Shown in pieces: positions 26,399-37,559 of a DNA stretch of 64,000 nt. This DNA is from Octopus sinensis (taxonomy: Eukaryota). A program made the translations under genes and the position numbers. Every line of letters starts with the position of its first letter. Position 1 is the stretch's first letter. The stretch lies in NCBI RefSeq assembly GCF_006345805.1, contig NC_043006.1, forward strand, positions 2,108,001-2,172,000. The letters run 5' to 3'. A model generated the notes under the pieces. The model was not told the DNA's origin. It did not search any database and saw nothing but the letters and a program-made list of their open reading frames with translations.

Positions 26399-27152
26399 TT
26401 TATTAGTTTCAGCTCAGAGCTGCGGCCATGCTGATGCACTGCCGTTTTGTGCTACACTGTTATTACTAAGAGCCTCCTCTAATATGTGGAATTTGGTGAA
26501 GAATGGAGTATGATATAGCTACTCTCATTTGCACCTCTTGCCATGAGGTAGGCTCATCTGGGACTCTCGACAGGAAGAGGTCCAGCTTTGATTTAAAAAC
26601 TGCTACATCTACTTTGTGCAAGTTCCTCAGACTCTTTGGGAGAATATTAAAAAGCTGTGGGCCCTTGAAACCCAGGCTGTTGCAGTAACTGGTCCTGAAG
26701 CATGATGGCATTGCTGGGATCTTTGGCACTATGCAGTGTCATCCCATTCTGGCATTGGTGTAGCTTTCAGTGCCAAAATTTGGCACAATTCCTTCCAGTA
26801 TCTTCCAGATATATATATTACTGCATACCTCTTCCGTCTTCTTTCCAGGGAGTAGAGTCTTAGCTGTTTCAACCTTTCCTAGTAGCTGAGCTGTTGCAAA
26901 GGGACGATCTTCTTTGTGAATCTTCTCTGGATTGCTTCAAGGTCCACTGGGTGACCATAGCTGTGAGCAGTAATCCAGGCGGCTGAGGACGAAAGTCCGC
27001 CAGAGAACCATCATGATTTTCTCATCTCTTGTTCTGAATGTTCTAAGGATCCATCCAGCCAGTCGTCTGCACTTTGTCGCCATCCTGGTAATGTGCACTT
27101 GGAAAGAGGTATCCTCACTCATGTCGATACTCAGGTCCCTCACAGACTTAGG
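26395..27152 (-). mobile_element. CR1-type LINE 3' fragment (family b)
   Basis: KCRRLAGWILRTF..SRLDYCSQLWSP; YCNSLGFKGPQLFN. Confidence 0.85.
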
Positions 27153-27416
27153 CTATACATACATACATATATATATATATACATACATACATATATGCAT
27201 ACATACATATACATACATACATATATATATATGCATACATACACACATATATGCATACATACACATCTATATACATATATATATATGCATACATACACAT
27301 CTATATACATATATATATATGCATACATACACATCTATATATTACATACATATATGTATACACACACACACATATATATATATACATACATACATATATA
27401 TATGCATACATACACA

Positions 27417-29252
27417 TCATCATCATCATCATCATCATTTAGCGTCCGTTTTCCATGCTAGCATGGGTTGGACGGTTCAACTGGGGTCTGGGGAGCCCGA
27501 AGGCTGCACCAGGCCAGTCAGATCTGGCAGTGTTTCTACAGCTGGATGCCCTTCCTAACGCCAACCACTCCGAGAGTGTAGTGGGTGATTTTATGTGCCA
27601 CCGACACAGGTGCCAGACGAGGCTGGCGAACGGCCACGCTCGGATGGTGTTTTTATGTGCCACCGACACAGGTGCCAGACGAGGCTGGCAGACGGCCACG
27701 CTCGGATGGTGTTTTTATGTGCCACCGACACAGGTGCCAGATGAGGCTGGCGGACGGCCACGATCGGATGGTGTTTGTTACGTCCCCAAAGCACGGAGGC
27801 CAGTCTATGCGGTACTGGCTACGGCCACGTTCGGATGATTTTCTTGTGTGCCACCGGCACTGGTACCACAAAGATACAAATTCCATTGATGTTCATCTAT
27901 TTTGATTTGTTTTGATTTGATTTGATTTGATTTGATTTGATTTTCACTTGCCTCAACAGGTCTTCACAAGTGTCACAAGAAGGAAGGTATGCATAGGTGG
28001 ACTGTCTACGTCGCCGGGTCTTCGGATGGTGTCTTTATGTGCCACCGACACAGGTGCCAGATGTGGCTGGCGAACGGCCACGATCGGATGGTTTTCTTGT
28101 GTGCCACCGGTACTGGAACCACAAAGATACAAATTCCATTGATGTTCATCTATTTTGATTTGGTTTGATTTCACTTGCCTCAACAGGTCTTCACAAGTGT
28201 CACGCGTGTCACACACTTGCCTCAACAGGTCTCCACAAGTGTCACACACTTGCCTCTGCCTCAACAGGTCTTCACAAGTGTCACACACTTGCCTCTGCCT
28301 CAACAGGTCTTCACAAGTGTCATAAGAGGGAAGGTAAGCACAGGTGGACTGACTACGTCGCCGGGTCTTTGGATGGTGGTGGTGTTTTTATGTGCCACCG
28401 ACACAGGTGCCAGGTGAGGCTGGCGAACGGCCACGATCAGATGGTGTTTGTTGTGCCCACAGCACGGAGGCCAGTCGACGGCCACGTTCGGATGGTTTTC
28501 TTGTGTGCCACCGGTACTGGAACCACAAAGATACAAATTCCATTGATATTCATCTATTTTGATTTGGTTTGATTTCACTTGCCTCAACAGTCTTCACAAG
28601 TGTCACACACTTGCCTCAACAGGTCTCCACAAGTGTCACACACTTGCCTCAACAGGTCTTCACAAGGGTCACACACTTGCCTCTGCCTCAACAGGTCTTC
28701 ACAAGTGTCACACACTTGCCTCAACAGGTCTTCACAAGTGTCATAAGAGGGAAGGTATGCACAGGTGGACTGACTACGTCGCCGGGTCTTCGGATGGTGT
28801 CTTTATGTGCCACCGGCACAGGTGCCAGATGAGGCTGGCGAACGGCCACGATCGGATGGTGTGTGTTGTGCCCACAGCACGGAGGCCAGTCGATGCGGTA
28901 CTGGTTACGGCCACGTTTGGGTGGTTTTCTTGTGTGCCACCGGCACTGGTACCACGAAGAATACAATTCCACTGATGTTCATCTATTTTGATTTGTTTTG
29001 ATTTGATTTGATTTTCACTTGCCTCAACAGGTCTTCATAAGTGTCACAAGAAGGAAGGTATGCACAGGACTGACTACGTCCCGGTCGGGGCCACGGGTTA
29101 TGGCCTGACTAGTCTTGCCGGGTCTTCTCATGCACAGCATACTTCCATAGGTCTCGGTCTCTAGACATTTCCTTAGTGAGACCTAAAGTTCGAAGGTCGT
29201 GCTTCACCACCTCGTCCCAGGTTTTCCTGGGTCTACCTCTTCCACAGGTTCC
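27417..29252 (-). mobile_element. RTE LINE 3' end with a tandemly amplified 3' UTR
   Basis: ORF end ([17 protein letters not shown]) at 29170-29250; repeated UTR modules; (GAT)n tail at 27417-27437. Confidence 0.9.
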
Positions 29253-29396
29253 CTATACATACACATCTATATACATACGTACACATCTATATACATACAC
29301 ATCTATATATTACATACATATATGTATACACACACACACATATATATATATATATATTACATATATATATATTACATATATATATATTACATACAC

Positions 29397-30205
29397 TGGA
29401 CCTGGAGGGATTGCAATCCCAGAGGCAGAATCAGTGCGAGGCCTGGGTATTTACATGAGTGATGACGCAACCTTTCATGTGCATGTTGCTAAATTGGCAA
29501 TGAAATGTAGGCGGCTGACCGGATGGATTCTTAGAACCTTTAGAACAAGAGACCAGGAAATCATGATGGTCCTCTGGAGGACACTTGTCCTAAGCCACTT
29601 TGACTATTGCTCTCAGCTATGGTCACCATCCAGTGTCAAGTTAATCACAGAACTTGAGGCGATCCAACGAAGCTACATGAAGAAGATAGCCTCTGTGCAG
29701 CATATAAGCTACTGGGAAAGACTCAAGAGATTAAGACTATTCCTGAGAGTGTAGGTAAGAAAGATATGCCATAATATACATCTGGAAGATCCTAGAAGGA
29801 CTTGTCCCAAACTTTGGCATAGAGAGTTACGCAAATGCTAGAACTGGGCACCACTGCGTGGTGCCAAGGACTCCAAATTTGCCATCAAGATGTAGGACAA
29901 GATACTGTGATAGCCTGGGCTTCAGAGGCCCACAGCTCTTCAATATCCTTCCGAAGAACCTGAGAGACCTGCATGGGGTGGATGCAGATGTCTTTAAAAT
30001 GAAACTGGATCTCTTCTTGTCAGGTGTCCCAGATGAACCAACTTCACGGCAGGAGGTGCAGATGAGGGCAGCTGCATCGAACTCTCTCATGCACCAAATG
30101 GCAATTGCTAAAAAGCATTCGTGAAGTAAAATCATGTAGCAACACCAAATGACGGTGCCCCAGCATGGCCACAGCTCGTGAGCTGAAACTAGATAAAATA
30201 AAAAA
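29397..30205 (+). mobile_element. CR1-type LINE 3' fragment (family b)
   Basis: KCRRLTGWILRTF..SHFDYCSQLWSP..YWERLKRL; YCDSLGFRGPQLFN; A-rich tail. Confidence 0.9.
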
Positions 30206-30291
30206 AAATATATATCTATATATGCATACATATATATCTATATATACATACATATATATCTATATATACATACATATATATATGTATACAT

Positions 30292-30708
30292 ATACTCTTT
30301 TACTTGTTTCAGCCAATTGACTGTGGCCATGCTGGAGCACCGGCTTTAGTCGAGCAAATCGACCCCAGGACTTATTCTTTGTAAGCCCAGTACTTATTCT
30401 ATCGGTCTCTTTTGCCGAACCGCTAAGTGACAGGGACGTAAACACACCAGCATTGGTTGTCAAGCAATGCTAGGGGGACAGACACAGACACACAAACATA
30501 TACACACACACACTTATATATATATATATATATATATACATATATACGACAGGCTTCTTTCAGTTTCCGTCTACCAAAACCACTCACAAGGCATTGGTCG
30601 GCCCGGGGCTATAGCAGAAGACACTAGCCCAAGATGCCACGCAGTGGGACTGAACCCGGAACCATGTGGTTGGTTAGCAAGCTACTTACCACACAGCCAC
30701 TCCTGCGC
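30292..30708 (-). mobile_element. SINE family A
   Basis: Highly similar to the 9205-9632 copy. Confidence 0.9.
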
Positions 30709-30709
30709 C

Positions 30710-30746
<37 letters not shown>

Positions 30747-30780
30747 ATCTTTAAATGTAATATGTGACAATTATTTGGTA

Positions 30781-30850
30781 GCCAAGATAAAACTCCAAGT
30801 TTCGGATGCCGAGGTGGAAATCCACGCCACCATCTCTTCAGTTATCCGGC
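30781..30850 (-). ncRNA. Type I hammerhead ribozyme motif, Penelope-associated
   Basis: GCCGGATAA-CUGAAGA-GAUG..CAUC(C)-GAAA-CU(UGG)AG-UU-UUAUCUUGGC. Core, stem I (5 bp plus extension) and stem III are present; stem II register is off by one base; triplet GUU. Confidence 0.7.
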
Positions 30851-31589
30851 CATTGGAAAAACGCTGTGAAAAATGACCATTATACAAAGGGAAATTACTG
30901 TGTTATTGACCGCTATTAAGACAAAAGAGCCATTGAAATGACCGCTAAGTAAGGTAAGGGGGCAAAAAGTGCATAGTATTCGCGTAAGTGCACCTGTTCA
31001 CACCCACGTGCGTACGCACACATCCCCACTGGCATCCCTCGCCAAACGTACATGCATACACACACACAAACCCACACACGTGTGCACCGCAAAAGTTCAT
31101 ACATATGTCTACACACGCACAAGAAAAAACAGGGTCAAGGGCAACAATACAGAAAAAAGGCATAAGGGAGTACACAAAGAGTAAACCATGTTTATATACA
31201 CACATACCCCTATGCACACACACCCCCACACACATCTATATACACACACACAAAAAGGATTATACATACATCTAAAAAAAATATAGGGAAATGTGTAAAA
31301 ATACTGAATAAAAATGTCTATATACGCATGTACTCGCACCCACGCACACACACACACACACATTCACACGTGTGCACAAAGGATTCCATATACATGTCTA
31401 TATAGGCACAGGGAAAAATGCAGGGTGGAAGGTAGAATACAGAAAAAATTATGTGTAAAAAATATATCTATAAACCAAATTCCCTATAATATGTAAGAAA
31501 TATATGTATAAAAAATATAAATAAAATAAAAGTAAAAGGTATAATGCGATAAAAAAACTTGTGCATGGACACAATATAGAAAGCAAGTT

Positions 31590-32575
31590 CTATCTGTAGT
31601 GTTGGGGGGACCAAAAACGTAACGAAAATTTGGCCACATATGGGCATGATCCGAAAAGTTCAGTTCTTGAATTCAGACATGTAGCGGGGTCTAAGCTGCT
31701 TTTCCAGATGAGCCATCTTTCCATATCACATAGACTGCACTTTCCACTGCCGTTGGTGTAGGGCTTACACTTGGCTAAAATCTTCCAATGGATGTTATAA
31801 TCGACACCTTTATCTTTTAATGACCAAATATGATTGGATAATTTTGTCGCTTTCCTTTTGTCCCAGAGCCTAAAACTCAAGGTGTGATTATTGAACCTGG
31901 TCTTGAAATTACCCTCTGTAAGGCCCACATATTTCTTCATCAAAACCGTGTCTTTAGTGGGTATAATAGAGTCCACGGTGGCTTCATAAATGATGGTCTC
32001 GGACATGCAAGCTCCATTTAGTAGGCACAAATTTTTATCCCTGCATGGACAGCTGGTTTCGTATTGTGGTTTTTGTGTGTTGTGTGCGATTATATTTTTA
32101 AAATTGGTAGTTGAGCTGAAACTGATTTTTAAGTTGTGTTTATTGAAGAGCTTCCTGTAAGTATGGTTGACTGGACAATGTCTATCTATCAGAGCTAAGA
32201 AATACTTGCCTATATTGAAGTGAGTAGGGGGGTGTGAACCAGATGGTTTTCCTATTCCTATGTCTCCTCTTCTTTATTATTGGGCTGGTAGCAGGTGTAT
32301 AGGTTATTTCCTCGCTAAAACCACTATCTTCTAGAGCCTTAATATATACTGGGGCAACGCTATTAGAAATGTCCTTATCGGAGGAGAGGCTAAGAAATTC
32401 TCTTGCTAATGTTTTAACTAAATGTTTAAATACTATAGAGGGATGGCAGGAACCTACATTGATATAACTAAATATATCATTGGGCTTCCTATAAGGCTTA
32501 TAAATGTTCTTATTTAGATCTAAGGAAATGTCTAGGAAATTGACAACCGTTAGGTTGGTGTCTAAAGTTATACTA
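31590..32575 (-). pseudogene. Penelope-like ORF: RT C-terminus + GIY-YIG endonuclease, one frameshift near 32215
   Basis: Frame is continuously open from ~32216 to 31590 (NIGKYFLALIDRH...HYR*); the upstream frame is the 32182-32595 ORF. Confidence 0.88.
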
Positions 32576-32682
32576 AGTTTTATTTTGGCTACCAAATAAT
32601 TGTTACATATTACTTTTACAGATAAATTCCTCTATTTACATAATATCGAGGTCTCTTTCTTGTGTTATCTTACCGTTTTTAT

Positions 32683-32721
<39 letters not shown>

Positions 32722-33074
32722 TATATATATAAACCTGTAAGTTTGGAGTTATACTCTCTTATACATATAAATAAATAAATTAATAAATAAAATAATATAT
32801 AAATATAAAATATACATACATATATATATCAACAATTGAGGGTAAAATTAATTAGTTATTAATCAATTTCATATTTGTATATATATATATTTAAATAATT
32901 TTTTAATTTTTAACTTTTATATTTTTAAAATTAATTTTATGTATTGGCTTATGTTTTTCACTGTTTGATTTGCCTAATAGTGGTTTTATCTCTAATTTAA
33001 TATAATATATATATTATATATATAAATCTGTAAGTTTGGAGTTATACTCTAATATTATATATATATATATATAT

Positions 33075-33207
33075 ATAATGATGATGCATGACCTAGTGGT
33101 TGGAATGTTGCACTCACAATCACAAGATTGTGGTTTCAATACCTGAACCAAGTGGCGTGTTGTGTTCTTGAACTTGAACACTACATCTTACATTGCTGTG
33201 TGATCAC
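33075..33207 (+). mobile_element. tRNA-type SINE head, truncated
   Basis: GACCTAGTGGTTGGAATGTTGCACTCACAATCACAAGATTGTGGTTTCAATACC. Confidence 0.55.
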
Positions 33208-33392
33208 TGTTCTCTAACCGATAAATTAACTGCCGCTAACTATTAGCTGCAGGCTAGTTTTCTCGGGTCTCATCGCGCCAAAAGTAAAGACATTTGAAAT
33301 ATATATTTCAAATGTAATAGGCCGTACTCCATGCACGCGATATTTCGGTATCGTGTTGACATTTAGTACAGCAAATTACATTTTATATGGGA

Positions 33393-33458
33393 CCATGCTG
33401 ATGATGGCTGCACTTTTCCTTGCGGAAAATAACAGCCGAAACTAAATTTAGTACATGG
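33393..33458 (+). ncRNA. Type I hammerhead ribozyme, apparently intact, palindromic stem III
   Basis: CCAUG-CUGAUGA-U-GGCUG[cac UUUUCC uugc GGAAAA uaa]CAGCC-GAAA-CUAAAUUUAG-UA-CAUGG. All core nucleotides present; GUA triplet; predicted cleavage after 33453. Confidence 0.85.
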
Positions 33459-33736
33459 GTAAATATTTATTTCGTATATTTTTCACTTGTTTATTGCTTT
33501 GGTTTTGTGTTGAGTTTGATCTGAGAACATAGACTTTTTGTGGAGAATGGCGATTTGACGTCTATATCTAGCATGTTGACTGTCCATTTTTCGTGTTCAG
33601 TCCTAAATTGGTATATATATATATATATATATATATGTACATACCTACATATATGGAGTCTATGTATGTGTGTTGTTGCTGTTAAAATCATTTTTTGCTC
33701 CTTTCTTATATCTATCTATCTATCTATCTCTCTGTC

Positions 33737-33769
<33 letters not shown>

Positions 33770-34164
33770 ATGAAGTAGAATTAAACAGCATTGACCTGTG
33801 AAATCTGTATTTGTCAGTGCCACCTGTCACCTACTAAAAACTTCATCATACATTATCAGTGTTGCAGACTCACTAAACTATCTGCCATCCATCCATAAAA
33901 TATTAATTCAACTGTTAATAATGCATAGGAACTGTCACAGACAAGCATAAACTGATGGCTATACTACAGTACATATACATACATACATACATGCATACAT
34001 ATGTGCATACATGCATATATTTCTATATCCATGTGTGTGCGTGTATGTACATAAACATAATATAATGTATATCTTTTATCTTTTTATGGTTTCAGTCATT
34101 AGAAAGTGGCCATGCTGGGGCAACTTCTTAAATTTTTAGTGGAATGAATTCACCCCAGTACTTC

Positions 34165-34425
34165 ATCATCATTATCATCGTTTAACGTCCGCTTTCCGTG
34201 CTAGCATGGGTTGGACGGTTCGACCGGGGTCTGGGAAGCCAGGAGGCTGCATCAGGTTCCAATCTTGATCTGGCAGTGTTTCTACAGCTGGATGCCCTTC
34301 CTAATGCCAACCACTCCGTGAGTGCAGTGGGTGCTTTTTACATGCCACCAGCACGGAGGCCAGTCGAGGCGGGGCTGGCAGTGGCCACGTTCGGATGGTG
34401 CTTTTTATGTGCCACTGGCACAGGT
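34165..34425 (-). mobile_element. RTE 3'-tail copy
   Basis: Same tail motif as 7960-8019 in reverse. Confidence 0.85.
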
Positions 34426-34514
34426 AAAGCCTAGCACTTATTCTGTCAGTCTCTTTTGACAAACTGCTAAGTTATGAGGATACAAACACACCAACACTAT
34501 TTGTCAAGTGGTGG

Positions 34515-36320
34515 TCACGGCAAACTCCAGTAGCAATCCAAAAACCTTCTTTGCCCATGTCCAACGGAATTCCCGCTTGAACAACAAAATTGCAACGTTG
34601 GTAGACTCAACAGGCGTATCGATTGAGGACCCTTATCAACAGAGTCAATTATTTGCCGAGGCTTTTTCAACTATTTTCAAACAAGATGATGGTCGTGAAC
34701 CCCCTCCATTTGATAGATCGGTACCTCCAATGCTTCGTTTGGTCATCATGCGGGACGAAGTCGAACGCGTTATTCAAGGCCTCGATGTCAACAAGGGTCA
34801 TGGCCCTGACGGCATACACCCACAGGTTATCAAAGCGTTCGCTCCGGTCATCTGCCAGCCCTTAACACGTCTATTCAATATGTCATTGGCGACGGGTGTT
34901 ACACCTGCGGACTGGAGAACAGCGATAATCTGCCCAATTTTCAAGAAAGGGAGCAGCGAAGACCCGCTTAACTACCAACCGGTTTCCCTTACATCAATAA
35001 TCAGCAAGATGTTCGAAACCATCCTTAAGAAAAGTATGATGCTCCACCTCCAAAACACAGCCTCTATCTCTGATTCCCAACACGGCTTCGTGCCGAAGAG
35101 ATCATGCTTGACCAACTTACTGGTAATGGAAGAATTGGTGACGCGCATCCTCGATGATAGTGATGCTGCTGACATCGTTTTATTGGACTTTGCCAAAGCT
35201 TTTGACTCGGTAAACCACCACCTATTACTTGTCAAGCTTCAAGCATATAGTTTCCATCCGGATATTGTACGATGGGTTGGTGCCTTCCTCTCAGATCGCT
35301 CCTTCCAAGTCCAAGTTAATGGTTTGCGGTCCGACGTCTCCAGTGCGAGCAGTGGCATGCCTCAAGGTTCAGTGCTTGGGCCCTTATTGTTCTTAGTCTT
35401 CATAAATGACTTGCCCGACAACCTCACGCAACACTCTTCTATATGCCGACGATGTCAAACTGGTCGCTCCTCGCGGTGATATAGAGGATCTTCGTTGATG
35501 CCTCCACCAAATTTGGAGATGGTCTAACGCATGGGACCTGTGTCTGAATGTGTCAAAGTGCTGTCATCTGCCTGTTGGCTCTCTTCCTGCAACTCAACTT
35601 GATTTCGAGCCAGGTCGTATGCTGCTGGAGAGGACCGATCAGGTAAAGGACATGGGTATGTTGGTGGATTCTTCCTTTTCGCCTTCGACCCAGTGCGTCG
35701 ATGCTGCCAACAAAGCACACGGAATTCTGTTCTTGATTCGACGGTCATTCGGAATGCTCACAGCAGCCATATTCCTACCGCTCTATGTCACGCTGGTGAG
35801 ACCCATATTGGAGTACAGGATTCAAGCCTCTTCTCCTTATCTCCTCAAAGACATACAGCATCTCGAAAGAGTCCAGAAGCTGGCTACCCGCATGGTTCTT
35901 GGTCTCAAGAATTTGTCTTATGAAGAAAGGCTGAAGACGCTCGACCTTTATTCTCTAGAAAAAAGCTGCCGCCGTGGAGATCTCATTCTTGCTCACAACA
36001 TCATAAGCAGAAAGTGTAACCTCTTGAAAGAGCTGTTCTTCACTCCTGCTCCAGAGCGTCGGGTGCGGGGTCATTCCGAAAAGCTCTATCTGCGAAGATT
36101 TCATCTCAGTCGAAGGAGAGGGGCTTTCTCCGTCCGGGTTGCGGATCCGTGGAATAAGCTGCCAGATGAGATGGTGAAGATGCTGATGACCACTCGGTTC
36201 AAAGTCTCCCTCGACCTCAAGTGGCCTGAACTCTTTACATGAACACCACCCTGTACATAACTCCATGTCCCCCTACATGGCCTTGCTTTTTGCTTTTTGA
36301 GCCCAAAAATTAACTAACTA
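34515..36320 (+). mobile_element. CR1/L2-type LINE (family a), 5'-truncated, inserted in a SINE
   Basis: ORFs 34508-35479 and 35550-36242 are nearly identical to the 17271-19050 copy in the opposite orientation; TTAACTAAC tail. Confidence 0.95.
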
Positions 36321-36340
36321 TATATATATATATATATAAC

Positions 36341-36416
36341 GGGAAGCTTTATGAAAATAGACAAAAGACGAAGGCAGGTGGAATACAAACAAACAATTGT
36401 ATTAGTATGGCGCTCA
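36341..36416. repeat. Inverted copy of the 76-bp TA-embedded module
   Basis: Reverse complement of 2010-2085 with ~2 mismatches. Confidence 0.75.
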
Positions 36417-36504
36417 GGAAATATATATATATACATATATATGTGTATATATATATATTAAATTTCTAAATCTCTCATAGAGATATGTACGGTGGTGGGG
36501 TGAC

Positions 36505-36854
36505 AGAATGGTTGTATACTCTCAATCTAATGTGAACGTGACAGTAGGGGATTACACCACCGCTGTTTAGCCCTAGGAAGCATCGACGCCTCCTGATGGC
36601 TTCGACACATTTTTTTCCTGTGTCCTTATATACATTTACGAAGGGGAGACAAACACCCCCAGCAGCCAGGCCTGCATCTAGAAAGAGCACGCCGCGTTCC
36701 CGCCGACAGACGGGCTTCGTAAATGTATATAAGGACACAGGAAAAAAAATGTGTCGAAGCCATCAGAAAGCGTCGATGCTTCCTAGGGCTAAACAGCAGT
36801 GGTGTAACCCCCTACTGTCACGTTCACGTTAGATTGACAGTATACAACCATTCT
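36505..36854. mobile_element. Foldback/MITE-like element with ~139-bp inverted arms and a ~71-bp GC-rich spacer
   Basis: 36505-36643 is the reverse complement of 36715-36854 with only a handful of differences. Confidence 0.85.
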
Positions 36855-36867
36855 ATATATATATATT

Positions 36868-36923
<56 letters not shown>

Positions 36924-37096
36924 TAGTCCAACCCATGCTAGCATGGAAAGCGGATGTTAAACGATGATGATGATGATAAAGTTAATCCAAACATGAAAAC
37001 ACAAAGAGAAAACACAACAATGCGAGGACGTGGAACAAGTATAGTATTATTGGATGCTCGGAAAGGAAGGGAAGAAGGAGGGTTTAATGTTGTATG

Positions 37097-37143
<47 letters not shown>

Positions 37144-37559
37144 AATAAATAAAACATATGCATATATACATACGTACCTACCACTATATGTTTATATACA
37201 TGCATATATGGGTACAGGACACCAGAAAAACGTCGAACACAATGAGAAACGAAAACATAAACACAAAACCAAGGAAATGGACATTTTTCTTAAACAATGA
37301 AAAAATAGAGTTCAAGATATACAACACAAGGAACATTCCCCTTCTTCAGTCGCCTCTGCTTCATCTACTCCACGTTTCGAAGGTAAAGGTGAGACACAAC
37401 TTCATTGAAACAGTCCGCAAAAGCAAATTAAATAAAATTTGAGATTTTTTTGCGGAGGGGTAAAAATGGTAACAAAAACAAGAAAGTAAAAACAATACAA
37501 AGTATATAGAAATATCTATGTATATATATATATATATATATATATAAAGATAAAGAGAG

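Larger units (their letters stand above)
30750..32620 (-). mobile_element. Penelope-like retroelement (Neptune-like), 5'-truncated, with hammerhead-bearing 3' repeat and an inverted 5' fragment
   Basis: RT thumb (VNFLDISLDL..YRKP..HP), Cys linker CPC..C..C, GIY-YIG (IIYEATV..YVGLTEGNFKTRFNNH); ~40-bp inverted repeat between 30752-30794 and 32576-32617. Confidence 0.9.

Noticed and set aside
27950-28750. Regularly repeated 33-39-bp units resembling a CRISPR array
   Set aside because: No unique spacers, eukaryotic context, and the units derive from the RTE 3' UTR.
37335-37420. Minus-strand GAAACGTGGAGTA and CTGAAGA, resembling the Penelope hammerhead stem III
   Set aside because: Motifs are in the wrong order for type I and have no stem I for type II; at most a decayed relic.
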